A DNA stretch of 51,144 nucleotides, taken from Promethearchaeota archaeon (GTDB taxonomy: Archaea; Asgardarchaeota; Lokiarchaeia; Sigyniarchaeales; SOKP01). The notes beneath the pieces were generated by a model that ran no database searches, was not told the origin of the DNA, and saw only the letters and a list, made by a program, of their open reading frames with translations. The translations under genes and the position numbers were made by a program. This document shows positions 20,194 through 30,575 of the stretch, piece by piece. The stretch lies in the NCBI GenBank assembly GCA_048940925.1, contig JBHLOC010000031.1:5745-56888 (forward strand), read 5' to 3'. The first letter of the stretch is position 1, and each line of letters begins with the position of its first letter.

Positions 20194-21240
20194 ATGGAAA
20201 ATGTAAAAGTTGGAATAATAGGCTCAGGATTTTCTGCTGAATTTCATTTGTACTCTTTCAAACTGCTACCTAATGTAGATATAGTAGGGATAAGCTCAAG
20301 AAATGAACAAACTGCAAAAAAATTAATGAAAAAGTTTAATATACCTAATGACAGATTTATGGATTATAATAAGCTGTTAAAATTAGAATGCGATGCTATA
20401 TCTGTTTGTTTACCAAATTATTTACATAAAGACATTACATTAGATCTCTTGAATTCAGGGAAACATGTATTTATCGAAAAACCATTAGCCTTAAATGTAG
20501 ATGAAGGTAAGGAAATGATCGATGCTTCGAAATCTACTAATAGAAATATATTTTATTGCGAAAATAATATGTATTCTCCAGCTTTTAATAAAGCAAAAGA
20601 GATAATTGATGAGGGAGGGTTAGGGGAAATATATATGGGCCGTGGAAGAGAACAACATTCAGGACCTCATTCCTCTTGGTTTTATAAAAAAAATCAGGCA
20701 GGGGGTGGTTCATTAATCGATTTAGGGATACATGATATTGCGTGTCTAGTATGGTTCCTTGGTGTTGATGTTAAAGAGGTATTTTGTCAAATAAAAACAG
20801 TGTATCCAGATAGGGGAAAATTTGGGGAATGTGAAGTTGAAGATAATGCTTTAGGAATATTATATTTTGAGAATGGTGCTCAGGTGGTTATAGAAGAATC
20901 ATGGGCGTCTCCAGGAGGTTATGACATCCGTTATGAGTTATTTGGAACAGAAGGTCAAATTAAAGTAGCCCCAACTTTCTCTAATTTAATAACTGTCTAC
21001 AGTGAGAAAGGATATAGTTATGCTGTTGAAAAAGCAGGAACTACAAAAGGTTGGACTTTTCCTGTAGCAGCAGAATTTTGGACATTTGGGTATCCTCAGG
21101 AAATGAGATATTTTATTGAATGTATAGTTGAAAATAAAGATGCGTTAACAAATGGAAAATATGGACTAAAAATATTGAAAATAGTTGAAACAATGTATAA
21201 AAGCGCTAAAACTAAAAAAATTGAGGAGGTTGTCCTTTAA
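20194..21240 (+). CDS. Gfo/Idh/MocA family NAD(P)-dependent oxidoreductase
   Basis: GIIGSGF Rossmann motif, HVFIEKP, GGGSLIDLGIHD. Confidence 0.93.
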   Translation: MENVKVGIIGSGFSAEFHLYSFKLLPNVDIVGISSRNEQTAKKLMKKFNIPNDRFMDYNKLLKLECDAISVCLPNYLHKDITLDLLNSGKHVFIEKPLALNVDEGKEMIDASKSTNRNIFYCENNMYSPAFNKAKEIIDEGGLGEIYMGRGREQHSGPHSSWFYKKNQAGGGSLIDLGIHDIACLVWFLGVDVKEVFCQIKTVYPDRGKFGECEVEDNALGILYFENGAQVVIEESWASPGGYDIRYELFGTEGQIKVAPTFSNLITVYSEKGYSYAVEKAGTTKGWTFPVAAEFWTFGYPQEMRYFIECIVENKDALTNGKYGLKILKIVETMYKSAKTKKIEEVVL

Positions 21241-21554
21241 AAACTATAATTCAACTAAAAAAATGATAAAAATATAATTGTAAAAATAGTGGTCTAATAT
21301 TGTTTATACTTTCCCTTGATTTTTATTATAAAATTAATGATATTTTAATCTTCTTTTAAGGATACTAAATCCTTGTCCACAATCAAAAATTAAATATGAA
21401 GTTGGTATTTGAAAGAAAAAGCATTTTGTTAACAATTATAACCATTCCCAAAAAATATATTAGGTTAATATTATATTTCGGTAATGAAAACTATATATCA
21501 GTTATTTTTTAAATTAATATACAATTTTGATTTTTTATTTGATAAAAAAATATT

Positions 21555-22682
21555 GTGAAAATTTTGACATTTAAATATGGTAATTTTACAAAAATGGGCC
21601 CAATCTTTGGATGTTCTTTTAAAAATTTAATGAAATTATTAATTTCTAATGGCAAGATAGCTGTTAAACATTATCCTCGTATTTTTTTTATGTATGCTGT
21701 TACTATTGTTGGAATTCCATTTCGAGTACGTGAAAAGTTGCTTTATAGTAAAAGAATAAAGAGAACAAAAATAGTTTATCCGCCAATTTTTATAATAGGT
21801 CATTGGAGAAGTGGCACTACTCACCTCCATAATTTATTATGTCAAGACCCCCAATTTGGATTTATCAATATGCTTCAAGCATCTTTTCCTAACTCTTTTT
21901 TAAGTAATAATTTCTTTAAATTTTGGATGAAAAAGTTATTACCAGAAACACGACCAATGGATAATATGAAAATGGGTGTCGAAGAAGCACAAGAAGATGA
22001 AATGGCATTAGGAAATCTAATTCCTTATACATTTTATAACGCTTTATATTTTCCAAAAAGAATGGTGGAATATTATCATAGGTATGTGCGATTTAGAAAT
22101 ATTTCTTCAAAAATTAGTCAAAAGTGGAAATATAATTATGACTATTTACTTAAAACAACGACATTAAATATGAAGGGTAAATGTCTTATCTTAAAAAATC
22201 CAGTAAACACTGCAAGGATTAGAATTTTATTAGAACTATACCCGGATGCAAAATTTATTCATATATTTAGAAATCCTTATATTATATTCTTATCAACAAG
22301 ACATTTTTATAAAAAAGCAATAGAACAATTTATGTTCCAAAAAGTATCTAAAGAAATAATTGAAAGAAATATTGTTGAAATCTATAAAAACATGATGAAA
22401 GTTTATTTAAATCAAAAGAAATTGATACCTAATAGAAATCTAGTTGAAATTCGATTTGAAGATTTAGAACTTGACCCCCTCAATCAACTGAAAATAATTT
22501 ATACTACTCTAAAACTTCCTGGATTTGAGAAAAATAAAGATAAATTTACAATGTACTTGAAGCAGTTAATAAATTATAAAAAAAATAAATTCCAATTAAA
22601 TGATAGAATTATAGAGTTGATTAGAAGACATTGGGATTTTACAATCACTAAATGGAATTATCAAATACCTGATGTAATGTAG
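21555..22682 (+). CDS. PAPS-dependent sulfotransferase (Sulfotransfer_3/Stf3-like)
   Basis: 5'-PSB PIFIIGHWRSGTTHLHNLL, RPMDNM, LKNP, 3'-PB FIHIFRNP, RFEDL. Confidence 0.9.
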   Translation: MKILTFKYGNFTKMGPIFGCSFKNLMKLLISNGKIAVKHYPRIFFMYAVTIVGIPFRVREKLLYSKRIKRTKIVYPPIFIIGHWRSGTTHLHNLLCQDPQFGFINMLQASFPNSFLSNNFFKFWMKKLLPETRPMDNMKMGVEEAQEDEMALGNLIPYTFYNALYFPKRMVEYYHRYVRFRNISSKISQKWKYNYDYLLKTTTLNMKGKCLILKNPVNTARIRILLELYPDAKFIHIFRNPYIIFLSTRHFYKKAIEQFMFQKVSKEIIERNIVEIYKNMMKVYLNQKKLIPNRNLVEIRFEDLELDPLNQLKIIYTTLKLPGFEKNKDKFTMYLKQLINYKKNKFQLNDRIIELIRRHWDFTITKWNYQIPDVM

Positions 22683-22766
22683 AACGATTAATCAACTAGA
22701 GAATTACAAAAGGGACTCACTTAAGATTATGAATTTAAAATGATTTCTGGATTAAATTTAAAAAAG

Positions 22767-23975
22767 CTATTTATTAAACATTTGAATGAATTTTACTATC
22801 CATTCTAGTTTACTTTTAGAGGATAAGAGAATTACGTGAGGGAATTCAATACTTCTTGAATAGATATCTGAAGCGACTGGAAAATAAGTATCATCACTTT
22901 TTACTCCTCCCCAATTCGCATTACTATAATCGATACCTTTGCGCAATTCAATGTTTTTAAAACAATCTAAACGATGTAAAGGGGGGTAACAATCATCAGT
23001 AGGTATATTATTATTGTTTAAATATTCGTAAAACTCTTCTTTAGTTAATCCACCAAATTTTTCAGGTTTAAACACAAATGGATAGACATAATACCCACAC
23101 TCCTCAGTCCCGGGTGTAAGTTTCATCGCTTGAATGCCATCAATTGAATTCAACTTATCCGTAAAGTATTTAGCATTCTCATTTCTTAATTTATGTTGCG
23201 CAGGTAATTTCTTTAGTTGCTCACGGAGAATAGCTGCTTGAAACTCACCCATCCTATAATTTGTACCATAAGAATAATGATCATAAAAATATTTATTCTT
23301 TCTTCTCCCGCAGTCAATATAAGAATATATTTTATTCGCTAACACATCAGAATTACATATTATTGCTCCACCTTCTCCACTAGTTAATATTTTTGAGGCT
23401 TGAAAACTAAAAGTACCAGCATCTCCCCAATTTCCCAATCTTTTTCCTTTATATCTCGATCCATGAGCATGAGCACAATCTTCAACAATTGAAAGGTTGT
23501 AATCTTTTGCAATTTTCATTAATTTATCCATTTCAACAGGATTTCCTCCTAAATGAACTGGAATAATTGCCTTTGTTCTTTCTGTGATTAGGGTTTCAAT
23601 AATACCAGCATCCATTACTAAGGTTTCAGGGTCGATATCACAAAAGATGGGAACTGCATTTGTAGCTATTACAGCAGAAGCAGAGGCTATAAAAGTATAA
23701 TCTGATACAATAACCTCATCTCCTAAACCGACACCTAAAGCCATTAAAGCGGCCTCAATCGCAACTGTGCCATTATTGACTGCGATACAATGTTTTGCTT
23801 CTTGAAATTGTGCAAATTCTTCTTGAAATGACCATACATTTTCTCCTTGATGATCACTTGGAGATCCACACCACCAATTTGCTGAGTTGATAACATCTAT
23901 TAAGGCATTTACCTCATTTTGATCAAATATAGGCCATTCAGGAAAATTTATTTTAAAATTTCGTTTAAATAACAT
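22767..23975 (-). CDS. DegT/DnrJ/EryC1/StrS aminotransferase (RifK/BtrR-like)
   Basis: NGTVA, GDEVIV..YTFIAS, EDCAHAHG, FSFQASKILTSGEGG (PLP lysine), GTNYRM; N-terminal WP.FD...WW. Confidence 0.92.
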   Translation of the reverse strand: MLFKRNFKINFPEWPIFDQNEVNALIDVINSANWWCGSPSDHQGENVWSFQEEFAQFQEAKHCIAVNNGTVAIEAALMALGVGLGDEVIVSDYTFIASASAVIATNAVPIFCDIDPETLVMDAGIIETLITERTKAIIPVHLGGNPVEMDKLMKIAKDYNLSIVEDCAHAHGSRYKGKRLGNWGDAGTFSFQASKILTSGEGGAIICNSDVLANKIYSYIDCGRRKNKYFYDHYSYGTNYRMGEFQAAILREQLKKLPAQHKLRNENAKYFTDKLNSIDGIQAMKLTPGTEECGYYVYPFVFKPEKFGGLTKEEFYEYLNNNNIPTDDCYPPLHRLDCFKNIELRKGIDYSNANWGGVKSDDTYFPVASDIYSRSIEFPHVILLSSKSKLEWIVKFIQMFNK

Positions 23976-24102
23976 TATTTACTTCATACCTCAATTCAAT
24001 GGCATAAATTTTATGAGTTAGTTTAAATATATTTACTAAAACAGATAAAATTTACAACCCTAATAAATATTAAAAGTTATTGATAAAAATACAATTCTGA
24101 GA

Positions 24103-25818
24103 ATGAAAATAATCAATAAAAGAACCATCGCTGAACTTATAAAAGAATATATATCAGAAATTACACTAGAGGAAATTGAATCACTTATTGAAATCCCTCC
24201 ATCGGAAATTAATTATACTTATGCGTTTCCTTGCTTTAGATTAGCAGATTTTAAAAGGAAACCTCCGAATTCTATTGCAGAGGATTTAGAAAAAGAGTTA
24301 AAGTTACCTAACTTTTTTGATGAAATTAAAGCAATCGGTCCATATTTAAATTTTAAAATTAAATCCAAGTATATTCTTAGTCAAATTTTCGAGTTAAAAG
24401 AAGACTATGGTAGATTTGGATTAAGTAGTGATTTTGATGATAAAATTAATGAAAAAATCGTCATTGAATATCCTTCTCCGAATACAAATAAGCCTCTTCA
24501 TTTTGGACATGTGAGAAATGTATTATTAGGTAAATCTCTTTCAAATCTACTACAATATAAGGGATATCATGTATTTCAAGTTAATTTGAACAATGATAGA
24601 GGAATTCACATTTGTAAAAGCATGTTAGCATATAAAAAGTGGGGTAATAATAAAAATCCTGATAAAAAAAGTGATCATTTTGTTGGAGATTTTTATGTTA
24701 AGTATACTGAAAAATTAAAACAAGATAAAGCTTTAGAGGAAGAAGCTCGTGATTTATTAAAATTATGGGAAGCAGGAGATAAAGAAACGATTGCTTTATG
24801 GAAGAAAATGAATAGATGGGCTCTAGACGGTCATAATATAACATATAAGAAGTTAGATATTTCGTTTGATAAGGAATATTATGAATCAGATTTGTATATA
24901 AAAGGCAAAAAAATTATCTTAGAAGGATTAAAGAAAGGATTATTTGAAAAAACTGAAGATGGAGCTATAATCGCGAGATTAAAACAAAAATATAATCTTG
25001 AAGACAAAATTTTGGTGCGAAGTGACGGAACCTCAATTTATATAACTCAAGATATTTATCTAGCTTATAAAAAGAAAGAAGATTTTGATTATGATAGATC
25101 TATATATATCGTTGGTGATGCTCAGATCCAACACTTCAAATGGCTTTTTGCCATTTTAGATATATTAGGATTCAAGGAAGATAATTATCATTTAGCTTAT
25201 GGAATGATAAGTTTACCTAGTGGTAGGATGAAGAGTAGGGAAGGTACTATTGTAGATGCAGATGATGTTATTGAGCAAGTTGAAAATCTAGCTTTTGAAG
25301 AAGTAGAAAAGAGATATCCAAACCTTCCTAATTCTGAAAAGAAATTTAGAGCTGAAATTATAGGATTGGCAGCTATAAAGTTATTTATTTTAAAATATAA
25401 TCCTGTTAAAGGTTTTGTTTTTAGTCCTAAGGATAGTATTTCTTTTGAAGGTGAAACTGGTCCATATATTCAATATTGTTATGCAAGGATTGAATCGATT
25501 ATATCAAAATCTGGTATAGAAATTAGTTCTAATATTAATTGGAATTTATTAAATCATGAAAAAGAAGTATCTCTATTAAAACAGTTAATATATTTTCCTG
25601 AAATCTTAGATTCTGTCGAGAAAACCTATAATATTCATTTAATTGCTCAATATCTATTAAGTCTATGTCAATCATTTAATTCTTTCTACTCCTCTTGCCA
25701 GGTAATTTCTCAAAATATAGAATTAGAAAAAGCAAGGTTATTATTAATTTATTGCGTACAGATTGTAATTAAAATAGGACTAAATATTTTAGGGATAGAA
25801 ACTTTAGATCAAATGTAA
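24103..25818 (+). CDS. argS: Arginine--tRNA ligase
   Basis: EYPSPNTNKPLHFGH (HIGH), RSDGTSIY, MKSREG, FEGETGPYIQY..ARI, C-terminal M. Confidence 0.97.
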   Translation: MKIINKRTIAELIKEYISEITLEEIESLIEIPPSEINYTYAFPCFRLADFKRKPPNSIAEDLEKELKLPNFFDEIKAIGPYLNFKIKSKYILSQIFELKEDYGRFGLSSDFDDKINEKIVIEYPSPNTNKPLHFGHVRNVLLGKSLSNLLQYKGYHVFQVNLNNDRGIHICKSMLAYKKWGNNKNPDKKSDHFVGDFYVKYTEKLKQDKALEEEARDLLKLWEAGDKETIALWKKMNRWALDGHNITYKKLDISFDKEYYESDLYIKGKKIILEGLKKGLFEKTEDGAIIARLKQKYNLEDKILVRSDGTSIYITQDIYLAYKKKEDFDYDRSIYIVGDAQIQHFKWLFAILDILGFKEDNYHLAYGMISLPSGRMKSREGTIVDADDVIEQVENLAFEEVEKRYPNLPNSEKKFRAEIIGLAAIKLFILKYNPVKGFVFSPKDSISFEGETGPYIQYCYARIESIISKSGIEISSNINWNLLNHEKEVSLLKQLIYFPEILDSVEKTYNIHLIAQYLLSLCQSFNSFYSSCQVISQNIELEKARLLLIYCVQIVIKIGLNILGIETLDQM

Positions 25819-25850
25819 TTCTTTTATTAATAACATTCTTATTAAAAATC

Positions 25851-26747
25851 ATGACTTTTTTTGACTTTGGAAAAGAAATACTAGAAGATACTCAATTTGT
25901 AATTTTTGGTATACCATGGGATTATTTAACTTCCACGGATTTGCCCAATTCCTCCATAGCTCCTGAATATATTAGAGGAGTAACCAATGATATTGGCTAC
26001 ACAACTGAGTTAGGGTATTACATACCAGAATTTAAAACAGCAGATATTGGAGACGTAAGTATTGAAACAATAAATGTTGAAAAAAATCTTCTTTCAATTG
26101 AGAAATTTGTAAAAAATATTTACCAACAAAATGCAAATGTTATTCCAATTATGATCGGAGGGGATCATTTTTGTACTTATCCCGTAGTTAAAGCAGTAGG
26201 TGATCATTTTCTTAAAAAAGAAGAATTTGGAATACTTATATTCGATGCTCATTTGGATCTATACCAAGAATGGGATAAAGGAGTATATTCCCATGCTACA
26301 ATTTCTCATAGAATTTATGATTTAAAATACATAAATAATAAAAATTTATTTATTGTAGGAGCAAGGGATATAGATATTGCTGAATTAGAAATAGCGAAAT
26401 CTGAGGAGATCAAATATCTTAATGCTTTTGAATTAATGGAAGGATTAGATAAATATATAGATAGCATTTTAGGCTTTTTTAAAAAGTCTGATATCAATAA
26501 TCTGTATGTTTCGATAGACGTTGATGTTTTCGATCCTTCCATTTCTCCAGGAACAGGTTATGCAATTCCCGGAGGTTTCACTTACCGCGAAGTTTGGAGG
26601 ATTCTAAGAGAGATTGCTAAAAATTTCAATATTATTGCTTATGATTTGGTAGAAGTAGCACCTAATTTAGATTTAGATAATAGAATAACCTTAAATTTAG
26701 CTGCTAAGTTAATTGTTGAATTTATGTCTTTCATTGTAAATAAATAA
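25851..26747 (+). CDS. speB: Agmatinase / ureohydrolase family protein
   Basis: GGDH, DAHLD, SHA, SIDVDVFDP, PGG and DLVEVAP motifs. Confidence 0.88.
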   Translation: MTFFDFGKEILEDTQFVIFGIPWDYLTSTDLPNSSIAPEYIRGVTNDIGYTTELGYYIPEFKTADIGDVSIETINVEKNLLSIEKFVKNIYQQNANVIPIMIGGDHFCTYPVVKAVGDHFLKKEEFGILIFDAHLDLYQEWDKGVYSHATISHRIYDLKYINNKNLFIVGARDIDIAELEIAKSEEIKYLNAFELMEGLDKYIDSILGFFKKSDINNLYVSIDVDVFDPSISPGTGYAIPGGFTYREVWRILREIAKNFNIIAYDLVEVAPNLDLDNRITLNLAAKLIVEFMSFIVNK

Positions 26748-26752
26748 CAAGA

Positions 26753-27709
26753 ATGAGTCAGTTGCCAAATAAAGATTTAAAAGAATTGTGGAAAAATGTT
26801 AATCAGTTTGAAATTCCTGATGACATAGATATTCTACAACTTATAAATTCTCTCAAAGGCACAGGATTTAACGCCAAAAGATTAGCGCTAGCTTGTGAAA
26901 TTTATAATGAAATGGTGAATGATAAAGAGTGTGTAAAATTTTTTGGCCTAGCTGGAGCTTTAGTACCTGTGGGAATGCAGAAAGTAATTTGTGATTTTAT
27001 AAAAGAGGGATTTATTGATATTTTAGTAACTACTGGCGCAAACTTAACCCATGATCTTGCAGAAGCGTTAGGGTATCATCATTTGCAGGGAGATAGTATT
27101 AATCCACATGATCTCGATGATTCTGAATTATATAAGGATGAAATCAATAGAATTTATGATGTATATATGCCAAATAAAGTGTATAGGGGAATTGAAGATT
27201 TCATAACAAAATTGAAAATTCCTGATTATCAAATGTCTGTAAGTTCTTTCTTGAAATTTCTTGGCACGCAATTACCAGAAACATCTCATTCTATTTTAAA
27301 AATATGTAATGAAAAAAATATACCTATTTATTGTCCTGCTTTTACAGATTCTGGTCTAGCTTTACAATTAGGCTTTCATCACCAAAAAATTAATTTAAAT
27401 CATTTTCAAGATATGCTTGAAATGGTTAATTTAGCCTGGGATGCTCAGAAGGCTGGAATATGCATTATAGGTGGTGGAGTTCCTAAAAATTTCATAATGC
27501 AATCTCTACAATTTTGCCCTAATTCGGCATCATATGCTATCCAAATTACAATGGATCGCCCTGAATCTGGTGGTTTAAGTGGTGCTACTTTAGATGAAGC
27601 TATATCTTGGGGAAAAATTAATGAAAATGCAAAATATTCTACAGTTATTTCTGATGCAACTATTGCATTACCTATAATATTGTGGTATTTAAAAAAGTCG
27701 CGGATTTAA
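26753..27709 (+). CDS. dys: Deoxyhypusine synthase
   Basis: GFNA, TTGANLTHD, RIYDV, CPAFTDS, GGGVPKN, GGLSGATLDEAISWGK (catalytic Lys), DATI. Confidence 0.93.
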   Translation: MSQLPNKDLKELWKNVNQFEIPDDIDILQLINSLKGTGFNAKRLALACEIYNEMVNDKECVKFFGLAGALVPVGMQKVICDFIKEGFIDILVTTGANLTHDLAEALGYHHLQGDSINPHDLDDSELYKDEINRIYDVYMPNKVYRGIEDFITKLKIPDYQMSVSSFLKFLGTQLPETSHSILKICNEKNIPIYCPAFTDSGLALQLGFHHQKINLNHFQDMLEMVNLAWDAQKAGICIIGGGVPKNFIMQSLQFCPNSASYAIQITMDRPESGGLSGATLDEAISWGKINENAKYSTVISDATIALPIILWYLKKSRI

Positions 27710-27748
27710 AAATATTAGACGGTTTAAATAAGAAGAATTTCAAAAGTA

Positions 27749-28213
27749 TTAAGAAAAGACTCCTTTTAATTTTTGATCGACAGTTTGTGTATCAGTTCCA
27801 AATATACTTTCTAGATTCTGTTTAAAACCTCTAAATCGAGAAATTTCTGATAAATTTTTTCCTGAATTCATAGATTTAAATTCATCAATAATCTGCTTCA
27901 AACGGGGGTGGATTATTTTTTTAATATACTTCTCAACTTTTCTTTCTTTATCCAGAATGCTATATGATATTATAATCTCTGGTTCGAAACTATCTTCAGC
28001 CGTAATTTTATCCTCGACAAAAGTAATAATATATTTCTTACCTTCAAAATATTCTATTGAATCTTTCGAAATAGCAGTCTGTGCAAAACTAATAATAGCA
28101 GTCAATAATCCACTACGTAAATCTTGATCAATCTCTTCTTTGTCTGATTTATGAAAAGTCTTCTTAACTAGTGTAAAGCCTCGGAATAATAACCCTGCTT
28201 CTCGGACAACCAT
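27749..28213 (-). CDS. Stand-alone longin-like small protein
   Basis: beta-beta (REAGLLFRGFTLV) - helix (DQDLRSGLLTAIISFAQ) - beta strands - two helices (IIDEF...F): longin order with the Asgard 'D.DL.SG...AI..F' motif. Confidence 0.65.
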   Translation of the reverse strand: MVVREAGLLFRGFTLVKKTFHKSDKEEIDQDLRSGLLTAIISFAQTAISKDSIEYFEGKKYIITFVEDKITAEDSFEPEIIISYSILDKERKVEKYIKKIIHPRLKQIIDEFKSMNSGKNLSEISRFRGFKQNLESIFGTDTQTVDQKLKGVFS

Positions 28214-28424
28214 CTTTAATTTTAATGCATAAAATGAAAAATTATAATTATATTCTTATTAAAAATTTTAACCTTAGTACGTTAAATATAGCTATTTAAT
28301 ATAATAAATTCTGTGACTTTATTATTTTATCAATTTTTACAGAATTATTAGCAAGATCTCATAGAAAAGGATTCATGTTTAGTATATAAAAAGAAATTTT
28401 AGAGATAATTAATTTTCAAAAATT

Positions 28425-29612
28425 ATGATTAGTAAACAAAAAATTAAATCTTGTGCAGAAAACATTGCTAATAGTATAAACATAAAAAAAGAGGGAGAAT
28501 GTGTTCTTATTTCAGGTGGTTTATATGTACATGAATTATTGGAAGAAATAGGATTAAATGTTTATAGAAAAGGGGGTATTCCACACATAACCTCTACTTC
28601 TGATTATTTTGATGAGTCTAGATTTACAGATGATAAAATAAAAGTAACAACATTAGAAAAGATAAGAAAGCATTATTTAGAGATGATAAAAAATATCGAT
28701 TCTTATATTGTAGTGGAGCCACTTGAAGATCCATCTATTCGAACTAAAGTTCCGAAAGAAAAGCTTGATGCGTATACAAGATCAATTACTCCAGAAAGAG
28801 ACGTACTTTATGGATTTAAGAAAGAATTTGCACCTGGAAAAAAATGGTGCTATGCTGCCTGGCCTTCTAAAAAAGCTGCAGAATTTTACAATGTTGAGTA
28901 TGATTTATTTGAAAAATTCATAGTTGATGGGATGAGCATTCCTTCAAATGAACTTAAAAGCATTGTACAAAATTTAGGTGATAAATTTGTAAATGCTAAG
29001 AAAGTGTTTGTAACCGATGATAATGGAACAGACTTTTGGGTTTCAATAGAGGATCGAGTAAGAGTGCTTGATGATGGAATATTATCAGATGAACAGATTG
29101 CATTGGGAGATTTGGGAGGAAATTTACCAGCTGGTGAAGTCTATTTTCCACCTCATGAAAAACAAGGAGAGGGTAAATTATTTATTCCACTTACAAAAGA
29201 AAGGTATACTCATAAGTTTATCAAAAACGTGGAGTTATTTTTTAAAAATGGAAAACTACTAATTAATAAGGTGTCTGCAGATACTAACCTGGATGTATTA
29301 GTGAATGCATTTAAACAAAGAGAAGAAATTGATAGAAATAATAATGTTCCAGAACTTCGAACGTATAATGTTGGTGAACTTGGCATAGGCTGTAATCCAG
29401 TAATAACAAAACCAGTTGGATATATTCTTACAGATGAAAAAATAAATGGAAGTGTACATCTTGCCTTTGGATTTAATATATCATTTGGAGGCACTTCAGT
29501 CTCTCAGATGCACTGGGATTTTATAACTGCTCCCAAAGCAAATATTACTGTAGAATATAAAGATGGTTCTAAAAAAATAATTATGGAAAATGGTAATTTA
29601 ATAGAAGGGTAA
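28425..29612 (+). CDS. Aminopeptidase, M29 (thermophilic metalloprotease/AmpS) family
   Basis: NLPAGEVY, GELGIGCNP, DEKINGSVHLAFG, SQMHWD. Confidence 0.9.
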   Translation: MISKQKIKSCAENIANSINIKKEGECVLISGGLYVHELLEEIGLNVYRKGGIPHITSTSDYFDESRFTDDKIKVTTLEKIRKHYLEMIKNIDSYIVVEPLEDPSIRTKVPKEKLDAYTRSITPERDVLYGFKKEFAPGKKWCYAAWPSKKAAEFYNVEYDLFEKFIVDGMSIPSNELKSIVQNLGDKFVNAKKVFVTDDNGTDFWVSIEDRVRVLDDGILSDEQIALGDLGGNLPAGEVYFPPHEKQGEGKLFIPLTKERYTHKFIKNVELFFKNGKLLINKVSADTNLDVLVNAFKQREEIDRNNNVPELRTYNVGELGIGCNPVITKPVGYILTDEKINGSVHLAFGFNISFGGTSVSQMHWDFITAPKANITVEYKDGSKKIIMENGNLIEG

Positions 29613-29642
29613 AAATTAAATTAATATTGGTTTTTCATTAAT

Positions 29643-30119
29643 TCAGAGATTAAGATTTTCCAAAAATTGAAGAACTTTTTCCAATACATTTTTTTTAAAA
29701 ACTATGCGTTCGGTTTTAAACCTATATTTTTTTACGATAATTTCTTTTTCTGTAGAAAATCCTATAAATACTAAGCCAACTGGTTTTTCTGGTGTACCTC
29801 CTGTTGGTCCAGCGATACCACTTATACCAATTCCTATATCTACATTTGAAAGGTTTCTTATATTATTGGCTAACTGTTGTACAACCTCTTTAGACACAGC
29901 ACCAAATTCCAAAATTGTTTTAGGATTAACATTAACTGATTCTATTTTTGCTCGATTGCTATAACAAACAATTCCTCTCTCAAATACTTTTGAAGCGCCA
30001 GAAACATTGGTAATCATATTCGAAATATAACCACCTGTGCAAGATTCTGCCACAGCAAGGTGAATACTTTTTTCAGTAAAATTTTTAATTATCTTTTCAA
30101 TTCTTTCTAAAACTTCCAA
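29643..30119 (-). CDS. pncC: CinA C-terminal domain / NMN deamidase
   Basis: AVAESCTGG, GAS, YSNRAK, GAVS, SGIAGPTGGTPEKPVGLV. Confidence 0.92.
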   Translation of the reverse strand: MEVLERIEKIIKNFTEKSIHLAVAESCTGGYISNMITNVSGASKVFERGIVCYSNRAKIESVNVNPKTILEFGAVSKEVVQQLANNIRNLSNVDIGIGISGIAGPTGGTPEKPVGLVFIGFSTEKEIIVKKYRFKTERIVFKKNVLEKVLQFLENLNL

Positions 30120-30122
30120 AAT

Positions 30123-30575
30123 TCACCATGACCTTTGTATTTCAAATTTTTTCCCGCATGACTTACAAAATTTTACTCCTTCAGTTAAAGAATTACCACA
30201 AAAAGGACAAAATAATTTTAGTGGAGCTTTTCTAACAGGAATTAGAGATTTATATTTCTCTGGCTTTTTTTCCCCGAACGGTTGATATTCTAGATTTTTT
30301 TCGACTACTTTTTGATAACAACTTGGACAATAATCTCTTTTTTTTAATGCATAATATATCAAGTAGGGATTTAGAGCCATAAAGCCCCACATGAAATAGA
30401 TAAAGAGTAATAGGTCTGTGAAAAAAGAGAAAGAGATTGTTGTAATAATAATTAATATTATTAGAATAGTGATAGCGAAAATTCCAAATATTAGAATATT
30501 GAATTTAGGTCGAACTGGATAACAATTCATTTTACAAATTTCACAAAACATCATATCGTTTTGATTTTGAGGCAT
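30123..30575 (-). CDS. LITAF-like zinc-binding membrane protein with additional C-terminal zinc ribbon
   Basis: CEIC - long hydrophobic hairpin - CPSC, then CPFCG...CKSCG. Confidence 0.65.
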   Translation of the reverse strand: MPQNQNDMMFCEICKMNCYPVRPKFNILIFGIFAITILIILIIITTISFSFFTDLLLFIYFMWGFMALNPYLIYYALKKRDYCPSCYQKVVEKNLEYQPFGEKKPEKYKSLIPVRKAPLKLFCPFCGNSLTEGVKFCKSCGKKFEIQRSW

